Of a stretch of 44,634 bases of DNA, positions 18,701-30,700 are shown one piece after another (within the stretch, counting starts at the first letter, position 1; each line of letters begins with the position of its first letter). This DNA comes from Acidobacteriota bacterium (lineage in GTDB: Bacteria; Acidobacteriota; Thermoanaerobaculia; Gp7-AA8). The DNA lies in the NCBI GenBank assembly GCA_019242175.1, contig JAFAVZ010000238.1, positions 1-44,634 of the forward strand. Reading direction: 5' to 3'. A model generated the notes under the pieces. That model did no database searches, had not been told where the DNA came from, and worked only from the letters and a program-made list of their open reading frames with translations. The translations under genes were made by a program, and so were the position numbers.

Positions 18701-21700
18701 CGCTCGGCGCGCAGGTCACCGCCGACGGCGCGCACACCGTCACCGCGAACGCGACCGACCAGGCCGGCAACGCCGCCGATCCCGTCACGGTCACGTTTCA
18801 CATCGACTCCCACGCGCCGGCCGTCACGCTGCGCGAGGGAGCCTCGCCGTTCCCCGATCGCAAGACGTTCAACCGCGCAATCGTCGCGAACGCCGACGTC
18901 ACCAGCGCCACGACGCCGACGAAGACCGCGACCATCGACAACGTCGCCTACACGCTCGGCACGTCGTACGGCGTCGAAGGCGCGCATCACCTCAAAGTCA
19001 CGGCCACGAACGCCGCCGGCCTCTCCTCCGTCGCCGAGGCGGATTTCACGATCGATTTGACGGCTCCGACGCTGCAACTCCTCGGCAACGGCGTCGCGTT
19101 CGTCGAGGGCAAGAAGTTCCGCGAAGACGTCATCGTCACCACGACCGCCGCCGACAACCTCGGTACCCCCACCGTCGCGATCACACTCGATGGGCACACG
19201 CTCGAGGCGGGGACGACGATCACGGAGGAGAAAGAGCACACGATCTTCGCGCAGGCCGTCGACGCCGGCGGCAACGCGGCCGACGTCGGCCCGTTCCACT
19301 TCCTCCTCGACAAGACGAAGCCCGTCCTGACGATCACCGTCGCCGGCAACCCACTCGCGAACGGCGACAAGTTCAAGACTGCGATCACGCCCGCGATCAC
19401 CGTCGAGGACGCGACCGCGACGACCGAGACGTACACGCTCGACACGCACGCCTACACGAAGGGCGATGCGATCAGCGGGGAGGGGAGCCACACGCTCACC
19501 GCCACCGTGCGCGACGTCGTCGGCAACGAGACCGTCGTCGGCCCGCTGACGTTCGTCATCGACACGCTGCCGCCGGTTGTCACGATCACCGAAGGCGGCC
19601 AGCCGTTCACCGGCGGCGGCAAGTACAAACGCGTCGTCAAGCCGATCGTCACGATCCAGGACACGAGCGAGACGTTCGTCACCGCCACGCTCGACGACGG
19701 CCCGTACACGATCAACACCGACGTCGCGACCGACGGCGTGCACACGCTGAAGATCCAGGTGATCGACGAGCTGGGCTGGCCCACCGTCATTCCGCCGATT
19801 GCGTTCACGATCGACACGAAGGCGCCGGTCGTCGTGATCCAGGAGCACGGCGCGCCGCTCCAGAACCACGCGTTCCTGAAGCAGGACGCCGTTCTCACGT
19901 TCGCCATCGACGACCTCACGAACACGACCGTCGCCGCCACGCTCGACGGCGATGCGTACACCGCCGGCCAGCCCGTCACCACGGAACGCGAGCACACGAT
20001 CCAGGTCACGGTGATCGACGAGCTCGGAACTGCGACCACCGCCGGCCCGCTCTCGTTCACGATCGACAAGACGCCGCCCGTCGTGCAGATCACGGAAGGC
20101 GCGCAGCCGCTCGTCAGCGGCGCGCTCCTCGACCACGACGCGCAGCCGCAGCTCCACGTCACCGACACGACCGCGTGGACCGTCGTTGCGAAGGTGGACG
20201 GCGCCGACTTCCAGTTCGGCGACCGCATCGCCACGGAAGGCGGCCACACGCTCGACGTCAGCGTCACCGACGCCGCCGGCTGGACCACCGTCGTCCCGAC
20301 GATCTCCTTCTTCGTCGACAAGACCGCCCCCGCCGTCACCGTCACGCAGAACGGCCAGCCGCTGGAATCCGGCGCGCTGTTCGACCACGACATCACGCCC
20401 GTCGTGACTTACACCGATCTGAGCGACACGACGCTCGCGCTGAAGCTCGACAACGCGCCGTTCACGACCGGCACGCTCGTCTCCGCGGAGGCGATGCACG
20501 TGCTCACCGGCACCGCGACCGATCGCGCCGGCCACGTCACGACGATCGGCCCGATCACGTTCACCATCGACAAGAGCGCGCCGGTCATCACGATCAAGGA
20601 ATCGGGCGCCGCGTTCGTGGCCAAATACGGCCGAGACGTCGTGCCCCAGATCGCCATCGACGACCTCACGGCGTTCACGAAGGAGATCGTCCTCGACGGC
20701 GCGCCGTACGACGGCATCGCGCCGATTCACGCCGACGGCAACCACACGCTCACCGTCACCGCGACCGACGCGCTGCATCACACCACTACCGCGCCGCCGA
20801 TTCACTTCCTCATCGACCAGACCGCGCCCGTCGTCACCGTCACCGAGTCGGGTGCGCCGTTCGAAGGGAAGGCGTACAACCGCCCGCAGCTGACGCCGGT
20901 CATCGCGATCGCCGACACGACCCAGACGACGACCACCGCGCTTCTCAACGAGGCGCAGTTCCAGTCCGGCACCGCGATCACCGCGGAAGGGAAGTACACG
21001 CTCAGCGTCGCCGTCACCGACGAGCTGGAGCACACGACGACCGTCCCGACGATCGCGTTCGCCATCGACCGCACCGCGCCGGTCGTGGAGCTCGTCGAAG
21101 ACGGCAAGCCGCTCACCAGCGGCCTCGCGTTCAAGGACCCCGTCCACCCGATCGCGAACGTCCACGACACGACCGAGATCACGGTCGTCGCCACGATGGA
21201 CAACGCGCCGTACACGCTCGGCAACGAAGTCGCGGCGGAAGGCGCGCACACGCTGAAGGTGATCGCGACCGACGAGGTCGGCCTCAGCACGACCGTCCAG
21301 GTCTCGTTCGTCATCGACAAGACGAAGCCGGCGATCACGATCACCGCGCCCGCGCCCGGCAGCGCCGTCGGCAGCGGCTCCGTCGTCGTCACCGGCTTCG
21401 CGGACGACGCCGCGACGGTCGACGTCAACGGCGTCAACGCCACGATCGATCCGGCGACGCACACGTTCACCACCGACACGCCCGTCGCGCTCACCGAAGG
21501 CAGCAACACGATCACCGCGGTCGGCGTCGACAAGGCCGGTAACGTCGGCTCGCTCACGATCACCGTCACCGTCGACAACCGCGCGCCCGACGTCGCGATC
21601 GCCGCGCCGCTCGCGAATGCCTGTATCAACGCGACGCAGCTCGAGGTGAAGGGCGTCGCCACCGACTCCAGCGCGATGACGATCGACGTTTCGGTCGATG

Positions 21701-24700
21701 ACGGCACCGCCGTCCGTGCGACGTTCGGTTCCGATCACAAGAGCTGGTCCGCCACCCTCCCGGTCCAGGACGGCAACGTCACGATCGTCGTCCTCGGCAA
21801 AGACGCGACCGGCCACGAGTCGCGTCTCACCGTGCCCGTTCGCATCGACACCGCGAAGCCGGTCGTCACCGTGCTGGAGAGCGGCATCGCGTTTGGCAAC
21901 GGCTACTACCGCCGCCCGCTCGCGCCGCAGATCCGCGTAACGGAAGACGATCCGCGCGTCGCCATCACCTCGACGCTCAGCACGAACGGCGGCGCGCCCG
22001 CGCCGTTCGCCACCGGCGCGACGATCGCCGCGGAAGGCGCTTACACGCTCGCCGTTTCGGCGAAGGATTGCGCGAACAACACGTCCGATCCGCTTTCGAT
22101 CGCGTTCGTCCTCGACGTGACGGCGCCGAGCATCCTCTCCACCGATCCGCCGAATGGCGGCGCGATCGGCACGACGACGAAAGCCATCACCGGCACCGTC
22201 AACAGTGACGACGTCGCCTCCGTGGTGATCGAAGGCTCGTCCGTCGCCGCGACGCTCACCGGCCGCACCTTCACGTTCAACGGCGTGCCGCTCGTCGACG
22301 GCACGAACCGCCTCGCTCTCGTCGCCGTCGACCGCGCCGGCAACGCGTCGCGCTATGACCTCGCATTCACCGTGAAGTCGAAGGCGCCCGTCGTTCGCAT
22401 CCTGGAGAACGACGCGCCGATCGCCGCCGGCACGATCTTCCGCCGCCCCGTCGCGCCGACCGTCACCTCCGATGACGCCGACGCGCACATCGACGCGAAG
22501 CTGAACGGCGCCGCGTTCACCTCCGGCACGCGCATCGAGAACGACGGCAGCTACACGATCATCGCGACCGCGACCGACGCCTTCAACCACGTCTCCGAGA
22601 GCGCGACGGCGACGTTCTCCGTCCGCCGCACCGGCCCGCTCGTCCACATCACGGCGCCGACCGAAAACCAGACGATCGATACCGACCTTGTGACCGTCAC
22701 CGGCACCGTCTCGCCGGCGGACGTCACCAGCGTCCGCGTGAACAACACGGTCGCAACCGTCACCGCCGACGGCCACTTCACCGCCCCCAACGTCCCCCTC
22801 GACCTCGGCGAAAACTTGCTGGTCGCGACCGCCGTCGATGCAGCCGGCAACGCCTCGACCGACGCCGTCTCCGTGACCCGCGCCGCTGGCGCGCCGGCGA
22901 TCCTGCTGAACGTCCCCGCCGACGGCACGGTCACGAATCGACCGTCGACGGCCGTCATCGGCCAAGTGCTCTCCGTGCCCGAGAGCGGCTTGGTGAAGGT
23001 CAACGCGACGGACGTCCCGGTCGACTCGACCGGCGTCTTCCGCAAGAACGATTTCCCGCTCACCGAAGGCCCGAACGCGATCAACGCGACGGTGACCGGC
23101 GCGGACGGCACGACCGCGAGCGTGACGGTGCACGTCACCGCCGACTTCACGCCGCCCGTCCTCCACGTCCTCGCCAACGGCACGGAGCTCGTCGACGGCA
23201 CCCGCTTCGCCACCGCGCCGCAGCTCGCGCTCGACGTCACCGACAACTTCCCCGACGTCACCTCCAGCTTCACGCTCGACGGCATCGCAGCGACGTCGTC
23301 CACGACGATCGCCAACGGCGGTCACACGCTCGCCGCCGTCGCCCGTGACAAGGCCGGCAACGAGACCCGCGTTTCGCGCAGCTTCCTGGTCGGCAGCTCC
23401 GCCTCCGCCGGCGGCTGCGGCCTCTCCGGCTTCGATCCGGCGAACAACGCGACGGTCAACGCCGCTCGCGTGACGATCACCGGCCGATCCGGCGCCGCCG
23501 CCGTCCTCGTGAACGGCGTGCGCGCGCAGCTCGCCGGCGGCACGTTCGCCGCGACGATCGACCTCGCCACGGAAGGGGCGAACACCGTCACGGTCCGTTG
23601 CGCTGACGCGAACGGTACCCCGACCGCCGACGCCGCAGAAACGCTCACGCTCTATCGTTATCTCAGCGCGCCGTCGATCGCGATCACGTCGCCGTCCGGC
23701 GCCGAGCCGATCGAAGTGATCACGGACAAGATCACCGTGACCGGTACGATCAGCGCCGAGGCGACGTCCGGCGACGTCAACGGCCTGCCGATCCCGATCG
23801 GCGCCGCGACGTGGTCCGTCCCGAACGTGCGCCTCGCGAACGGCCTGAACATCATCACCGCCCGCGCCCGCAACGCCGCCGGCCGCCTCACCATCCAGAC
23901 GCTGCGCGTCGTCTCCCGTAAGGGCACGCCGCAGATCGCGATCACGTCGCCGATCTCCGGCACGCAGACCGGCGCGACGGCGATCGACGTCAGCGGCACC
24001 TACACGAACGTCGATCCGGCGCGCATCACCGTCGGCGCGATCGCCGCGACCGCGCATCCGCTCAGCGACACGACCGGCACGTACTCTGCGACCGTCGCGA
24101 TCCCCGCGAACGCGACGACTACGCTCACCGCCACCGGCCGCAATCGCGCCGACGAAGCCACGACCGCCGCCGTCCAGGTGCAGAACGTCGCCGGCCCGTC
24201 GATCTCCATCAGCGCGCCGCTCGACGACACGACCTACGCGTCGACGTTCGCCGGCCAGGTCACCGTCACCGGCACCATCGACGCCGCGGCCGGTTCCACC
24301 GTCCAGGTGAACGGCGTGAACGCGACGCTCACCGGCAACGCGTTCAGCGCCGCGATCGATCTCCCCGCCGGCGCGGCGACGCCGGTCGTCGCCCGCGTCA
24401 CGACGCCCGACGACAAATCGGCGCTCGATTCCATCCGTCTTCTCCGCCTCACGGGCGATCTCAGAGTGCTCGACTCGTTCCCGACAGCGAACGCCGTCGG
24501 CGTCGATCGCGCCGTGCTCCTCCTCGCGCTCTTCTCCAATCCGCTCGACGGTGCGACCGTGACCGCCGGCACGTCGGTGAAGCTCGCGGATGCGTCGGGT
24601 GCCGCGATCACGACGAGCGTGTTCGTCGACAAAGACGCGATCAGCATCGCGCCCCAGGCCGCGCTCGCCGCCGGCACGACATACACGCTGACGATCGCCG

Positions 24701-27700
24701 GCGTGAAGGACATCGCCGGCAGCGCGCTCGCCGCGCCGTTCATGCTGACGTTCACCACCGACTTCACCGCGCCGGCCGTCGCGCCGACGGTGAACCAGAG
24801 CACGGTCGAAGGCTGCCTCACCACGTTCACGATCCGCGGCCGCGCATCCGCCACCGGTGCGCGTGTCCGCCTCGACTTCGAGGGTGTCTCCCAGACCGCG
24901 ACCGCCGCGGCGAACGGCGACTACGTTTTCGAAGTCGGCCTCGCCGGACTCACCGGCTTCCACGTCGCCCGCCTCCACGAAGTCGGCGGCGACGGCACGC
25001 TGTCCCCCGAAGCCACCGTCACGTTCCGCCTGGATTGCGCCGGTCCGCAGGTTCTCGGCGCCACCCTCGACCGCGCCGCGAAACGCGTCGTGATCCAGTT
25101 CTCGAAGCCGATGAACGGCGCGACGCTGAGCGTTGGCCCGACCGGCACGATTCAGCTGACGCCCGAGGGCGGCAGCGCGGTCAGCGGCACGGTGGCGCTC
25201 AACGCCGGCGGCGACGCGGCAACGGTCGAGACCACCGCCGACCTCTCCGCCGACACCATCACACTCGTCGTGAAGCGCGACGTGAAGGACGCCGCCGGCC
25301 TCACGCTCCCAGCGGACTATCGCCAGGTCTTCTCCACGTCGATCGCACCGCCGACGACCACCGGTAGCGGCTATGTCTCCGGCGCCGTCTACGACGCCAC
25401 GACCGGTCGCCCGCTCGCCGGCGCGACGCTCGACATCCAGCAGCCGATCGGCGCGTTCTCCCGCAACGGCGGCACCGCGCCGGCTGCGAAATCCGCCGCG
25501 CGCCTCCAGCCCGCATCACTCGCCGAGCCGACGATCCTCACCGACGCGCGCGGTCGTTACACGCGCGTGCTGCCCGAAGGCGCGTACACGGTGCGCGCGG
25601 GCGCGCTGCGCCACACGACGATCTGGCGCCAGGTCGTCGTCAGCGCCGGCGCCGGCGTGCTGCCGATCGACGTCCGCCTCGCCGAACGCGGTCCGGAAGT
25701 CACGACGACCGGCGCTGCGCAGACGCTCGACCACGGCGGCGATACCGTCGTCACCCGCGCCGCCCAACTCTCGCTCGCCTCCGGCTCGCTCCCCGCCGGC
25801 CGCAAAGTCCTCCTCACCTCCGTCGGCGGCCAATCCCTCGCCGGCCTCTTGCCCCTCGGCTGGTCGCCGCTCGCCGCCGCCGAGATCCTCGTGGACGAGT
25901 CGACCTCGACGCCCCTGCCCGGCGCGAAGCTGACGTTCACGCTGACCGCGGAAGAAAGCGCCGACGCGATCGCCGCGGCCCAGCCGCTCTCGCTCGTCGC
26001 CTACGACAACGATCGCGATGAATGGCGCGCCGTCGCCGCCGTCCTCACCCCGAACGCCGACACGCACAAAGTCACGGTGGACATCTCCCTGTCCGGTAAC
26101 TACGCGCTCGTCTTCGCCGACAAAGGCACTGGCCTCGTGACGCCGCCCGCCGCCACCGCCGGCGCCGCGTTGCGCGGCGTCGACAACCCGTGCGTCACGC
26201 CCACCGACTGCTCCTCGCTCGCCGGCCACTCCTTCGACGTCGACCCCAAGACCGTCCTCCCCACGCAGCGCAGCACCGCGAAGCTCGTCGTGGAAGGCGG
26301 CGCGAAGAAGTACCCCAGCGGCACCGCCGTGCAGGCGTTCATCGACGAGCAGCTCAACCTCGCCGACGGCACCACGCTCGTCGATCCGCCGTTCGCCACC
26401 GACCTCCTGCTCTACCGCACGCTGAAGGGCGACTTCGGCACCGCGTTCTTCCACCTCGCGCCGACCACGCAGGCCGCGTCGGTCACGCTGCGCGACGGCG
26501 TCGATCACATCCGCGTCGTCGAATACCCCGGCCGCATCGATCGCGGCGCGCTCATCGGCGTGCAGGGCGGACGCGTTCCGGGCGACGACAAGGTCGCCGT
26601 CGAGATCCCCGCCGGCGCGACGTCCGAAGCGTTGTCCGCGACGGTCGCCTCGCTCTCCGATCAAGATCTCGCCGCATTCGGCACCGTCGCCGGCTTCCGC
26701 ATCGCCGCCGGCTTCACGTTCGCGATGACCCGGGCGAACGCGCCGAAGATCGACCTCGACGGCGACGGCATCGACGATCCGATCGCCGCCCCCGAGCTGC
26801 TGAAGCCCGCCCGCGCGACCGTCACACTGCCGTCCGTGAGCGTCGCCGCGAACGCGCAGGTGATCGTTGTGGAAGTCCTCGACAAGACGCCGTTCGGCGC
26901 GATGCTCCGCCTTGCCGCACGCACCACGCTCGCCGCCTCGGCGACAGACACCGTCCGCCTCTTCACTACGACGGCCATCGATCCGACGAAGCTGCCCGTC
27001 GACGGCATCCTCCGCAACGGCCGCTATCTCGTCCTCGTCTCCAACCAGCCCATCGCCTTCGCCTGGGGCGACCTCCGCCTCGGCGCAGCCACGGGCACGC
27101 CGGTCGCGAACGGACGCGTCACGAGCCTCGACGGTGCAACGGTTCTCGGCGTCGCCGACCTGACCCGCTTCACCGGCATCTTCGCCGTCCCGATCGTTGC
27201 CCAGCCCGCGTCGCAGTTCGTGCTCGTGCCGCGTTCCACCGCGACCGGCGACGGCGTCGCGTACACCGCTGCGGCGGTCGAAGCCGGACGCGAGCTCCAC
27301 GTCGGCAGCCTCCCGCTCCAGGGCCAGGCACCGCGCTTCGAGTCGCTGACGCCCGCCGACAACGCGATCCTGGGTGCGACCGACACGTTCCTCATCCAGG
27401 CGAAGTTCCGTGACGAGATCGACTCTGCGTCGGTCGCGAACGGCATCCTCCTGCGCAACGCCGACAGCGGCGCGCTCGTGCCTGGCGTCGTCGTCGCCGC
27501 GCCGCGCACCGACGGTACCGGCAGCAACGTGACGTTCACCCTCGCGCCGGGCGCCACGCTGAACGCCGCGACGTCTTACGTCATCAGCGTCGAGCCGTCC
27601 CTCCGCGGCCGCTCCGGCACGCCTTTCGGCCAGACGCTCGTGTTTCACTTCTCGACCCGCGCGAACAACGCCGCGCTGCACACGGAACGCATCCACATCT

Positions 27701-30700
27701 CGATCCCCGACGCGCAGGGCCGCGCGACCGTGACCGGCCTCGCCGGCTCGCTGCCCGCCGGCGCGCAAGCCGTCGCCGTACGCCGCGGGACCGACTTCAT
27801 CACCCGCTACCAGACCACCGCGACCAGCGACGGCTCGTTCACGTTCCAGGTCGGAACGAACGCCGAAGACGCCGTGACGCTCACCGACGAGATCGATCTC
27901 CAGATCCTCGACCCCCTGACCCACGGCATCATCGCCGTCGTCCCCCTGACACCTTTCGTCGACCCGAACGGCCACGCGTTCATCGCCCCACCCACCCGCA
28001 CCGTGACCTTCACCACGGCGGAGAACATCACCATCACCGTCCCCGCCGGCGCATTCGATGTGCCGACGAGGGTGGAGGTGGGAACCGCGGCGCGAGAGGT
28101 GTTTGCGTCGGTGCCCAGCTTCGACGCCGGCCTCACATTCCTCGGCGGCGTGAACGTGCAGTTCGACGGGATCGCGAAGAAGCAGATCGACCTCTCCGTC
28201 CCGACGCCTTCCGGCTTCGACACGAGCCGCGGCGCCTACCTGGGCCAGCTCGGCATGTCCGTCCGCGGCCCGCGCATCATGGTCGTCGACGCCATGCGTC
28301 TCGACGGCGGCGACCTCACCACCGCCCTCGGCGGATCCGCGGGCAAGGCCGCGTTGCGCGTCACGGCGAACAACCTCAACGGCCTCACCACCGCCGCCGA
28401 CGTGAAAGCCGCATTCCTCGGCATCATCGCCTCCGGCAGCTACATCGCGATGGCGATGAACGTCTCGCCGACCTGGGCCATGATGTCCGCCGTCTCGCCG
28501 ACGAACGAGATCTTCGTCGAGAGCTTGGAAGAGATCTTCGCCTGGGCTTACGGCTCGCGCTTCTATCTGAGCCAGAAGAGCGGCAAAGTCCTCATGCCGA
28601 TGCCGTCCAACGTGGCGGTCAAGCTCGTCGGCGTCGATGGCGATACCGGCATCACCGTCTTCGAACGCCAGCTTCAGGCCGCGCCTCCCGGCGATCCGCT
28701 CACCGCGGCGTTCTACCCGACCATCACCGACAAGGCGGTTGGCCCGTATCCGACGTACGTGAGCCCCGGCCGCCTCGAGGTCGTCGACCTCATCTCGCCC
28801 GAGTTCACGGACGACAGCCGGCGCGGCATCTCGCTGCAGTACGAGAACGACATCCTGAAGGTCACGAAGTCGACGACCAACGGGCTGCCGAACAACATTC
28901 ACATCGAAGGCTTCAACGTCGCGCGCGGCAATGAAGGCCAGCAGCAGGAAGGTCTCGCCACGCCCATGTCGATCAAGGGCAAGCCGGGCGATCGCATCAT
29001 CCTCCTCATCGGCGAGAAGGAAGTCGATCCGACCGCGCCGCTCCAGGTCGTCTTCGACAAGCCGATCCAGGTGCCGGATCAGCTCTCGGACATCATCTCG
29101 CTGCAGTCGACGGAGCCGGGCAGCACCGACTTTGTCGACATCACGTCGCAGGCCGACCTGAAGATCGACAGCGGCGACCGCCGCATCCGCGTCATCCTCC
29201 CGGCCAGCCTCGGCCGGGGCAAGAAGTACCGCATCGTCGTCCGCTCCGGCGTGAAGGACGCGTCCGGTCTCCTGCAGATGGGCCAACAGCAGACGGTGGA
29301 CGGCACGACCACGACCACGAGCGGCGGCCCGGTCGGCGCGAAGTTCGACTTCCTCACCCGCGCGCCCGGCGGCAAGCTCGGCACGTTCGATCTTCCGTCC
29401 GGCTCCGCGCGCGACATGGCGCTGAGCGGCAACGTCCTCTTCATGAACGCCCAGGAAGGCGGCGTGTTCGCGTACGACGTCTCCGATCCGGCCGCGCTCA
29501 CCAGCGGCCAAGTGGTGAAGCCGTTCGCCAGCTCCCAGGACGTCAACCAGCCGTCCGAGTCCTTCCGCACCTGGGCCCTCGCCACCGACAACCACGGCCG
29601 CCTGTGGACCACGGTGCAGGCGAACATGTTCGGCTACATCCAGTCGTACCGCGTCGAAGACTTCATCGCACGCAAGAACGACGGCTCGAACAGCGCCGGT
29701 CCGTGCGGCGAGAAGATCGCCTGCCACAAAGGCAGCTCCATCGTCAGCTACTCCCTTGGCACCGCCGCCAACATCCCGCAGGGCGACTCGATCGTCACCA
29801 CGAAGCCTGAGGCGATTCCGCGGAAGATGCAGGTACTCGTGCAGGACTTCGACACACCCGAGATGTCGCTGCAGGAAGTGATCAACCAGTACGGCGCGAC
29901 CGTCACGCCGATCGCGGGCGCGCCCGAATGGGTGAAGCTGCACATCCCGATCACCTACAACCAGTCCGGCAACTACTGGGTCCAGCGCACGACGTTCCGC
30001 AACAAAACGCTCGGCCTCTCCTGGTCGACGGATGTCACGCGCACCGGCACGTCCGCGATCGACGGCGTGATCGGCCGCACGACCGACAAGTTCGTGAAGT
30101 CGACGAACATGACGACGTACGGCGTCATCACTCTCTTCGGCTTCGGCGTCGGCGTGTACGACCTCAACGCCGTCGACTCCAACGATTGGACGCCGAAGGC
30201 TCCCGACACCCAGACGCCGATCACCGAACAGGTGCTCATCACCGACGCGAAGAACCCGATGCAGTGCGACAAGACCCCGCCGCCGCCCGTGGCGTGCGAT
30301 CCGGTCGAGGCCGCGAACAACGGGCGCCAATGCGCGATCCCCGATTTATCTCTGGCACCCGAGGCGATGATCATTCCGGTGCGGAATGGGCAGGGGGTGC
30401 CGAACCCGCTGCAGAATTCGCTCGTCCTCTACGGCCTGCACGCCGCGATGGGCGTGCTCGATCTCAAGGTCGTTCCGCCGCAGCAGTTGGAGGGTGATCC
30501 GAACGTCGATCCGCTGAATCCGCGCGCGACCGACCCGAGTTGCAAGCGTCCGTCGGATGGCCTCGTGCTCGCGCGTCGGATGCCGACGTTCGACCATCCG
30601 CGCCTCAACCAACTGCGCACGCTCTACAACCAGGCGCAGTTCTCCGGTCCGCAGGGCGCGTCGTTGCCGCAGCCGTGGGGCCGCTTCAACTCGTCTGCGA

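Noticed and set aside
16495-21313. Regular ~254-nt periodicity that could be mistaken for a repeat array (CRISPR or satellite)
   Set aside because: The period is far too long and the units too diverged for CRISPR. The repeats are in-frame protein domains within one continuous ORF.
1013-21542. Long off-frame + strand ORFs (1013-2041, 2093-4216, 8270-10486, 17556-21542 and others)
   Set aside because: These are Arg/Pro/His-rich low-complexity translations in shifted frames of the real genes. They are a typical high-GC artefact, with no independent start context or domain signal.
15643-24978. 3,111-aa ORF on the minus strand (with similar antisense ORFs at 25516-30330, 31618-34167, 34276-37041 and 12591-14831)
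   Set aside because: These lie in the codon-aligned antisense frame of the giant + strand genes; for example, 24976 and 30328 share the codon phase of the sense gene. Antisense stops would require sense codons TTA, CTA or TCA, which a GC3-rich gene avoids, so the frame stays open by composition alone. The translations are Arg/Gly/Asp/Glu/Ala-rich with no motifs, whereas the sense strand carries unmistakable Ig, YD-repeat and RHS-core signatures.
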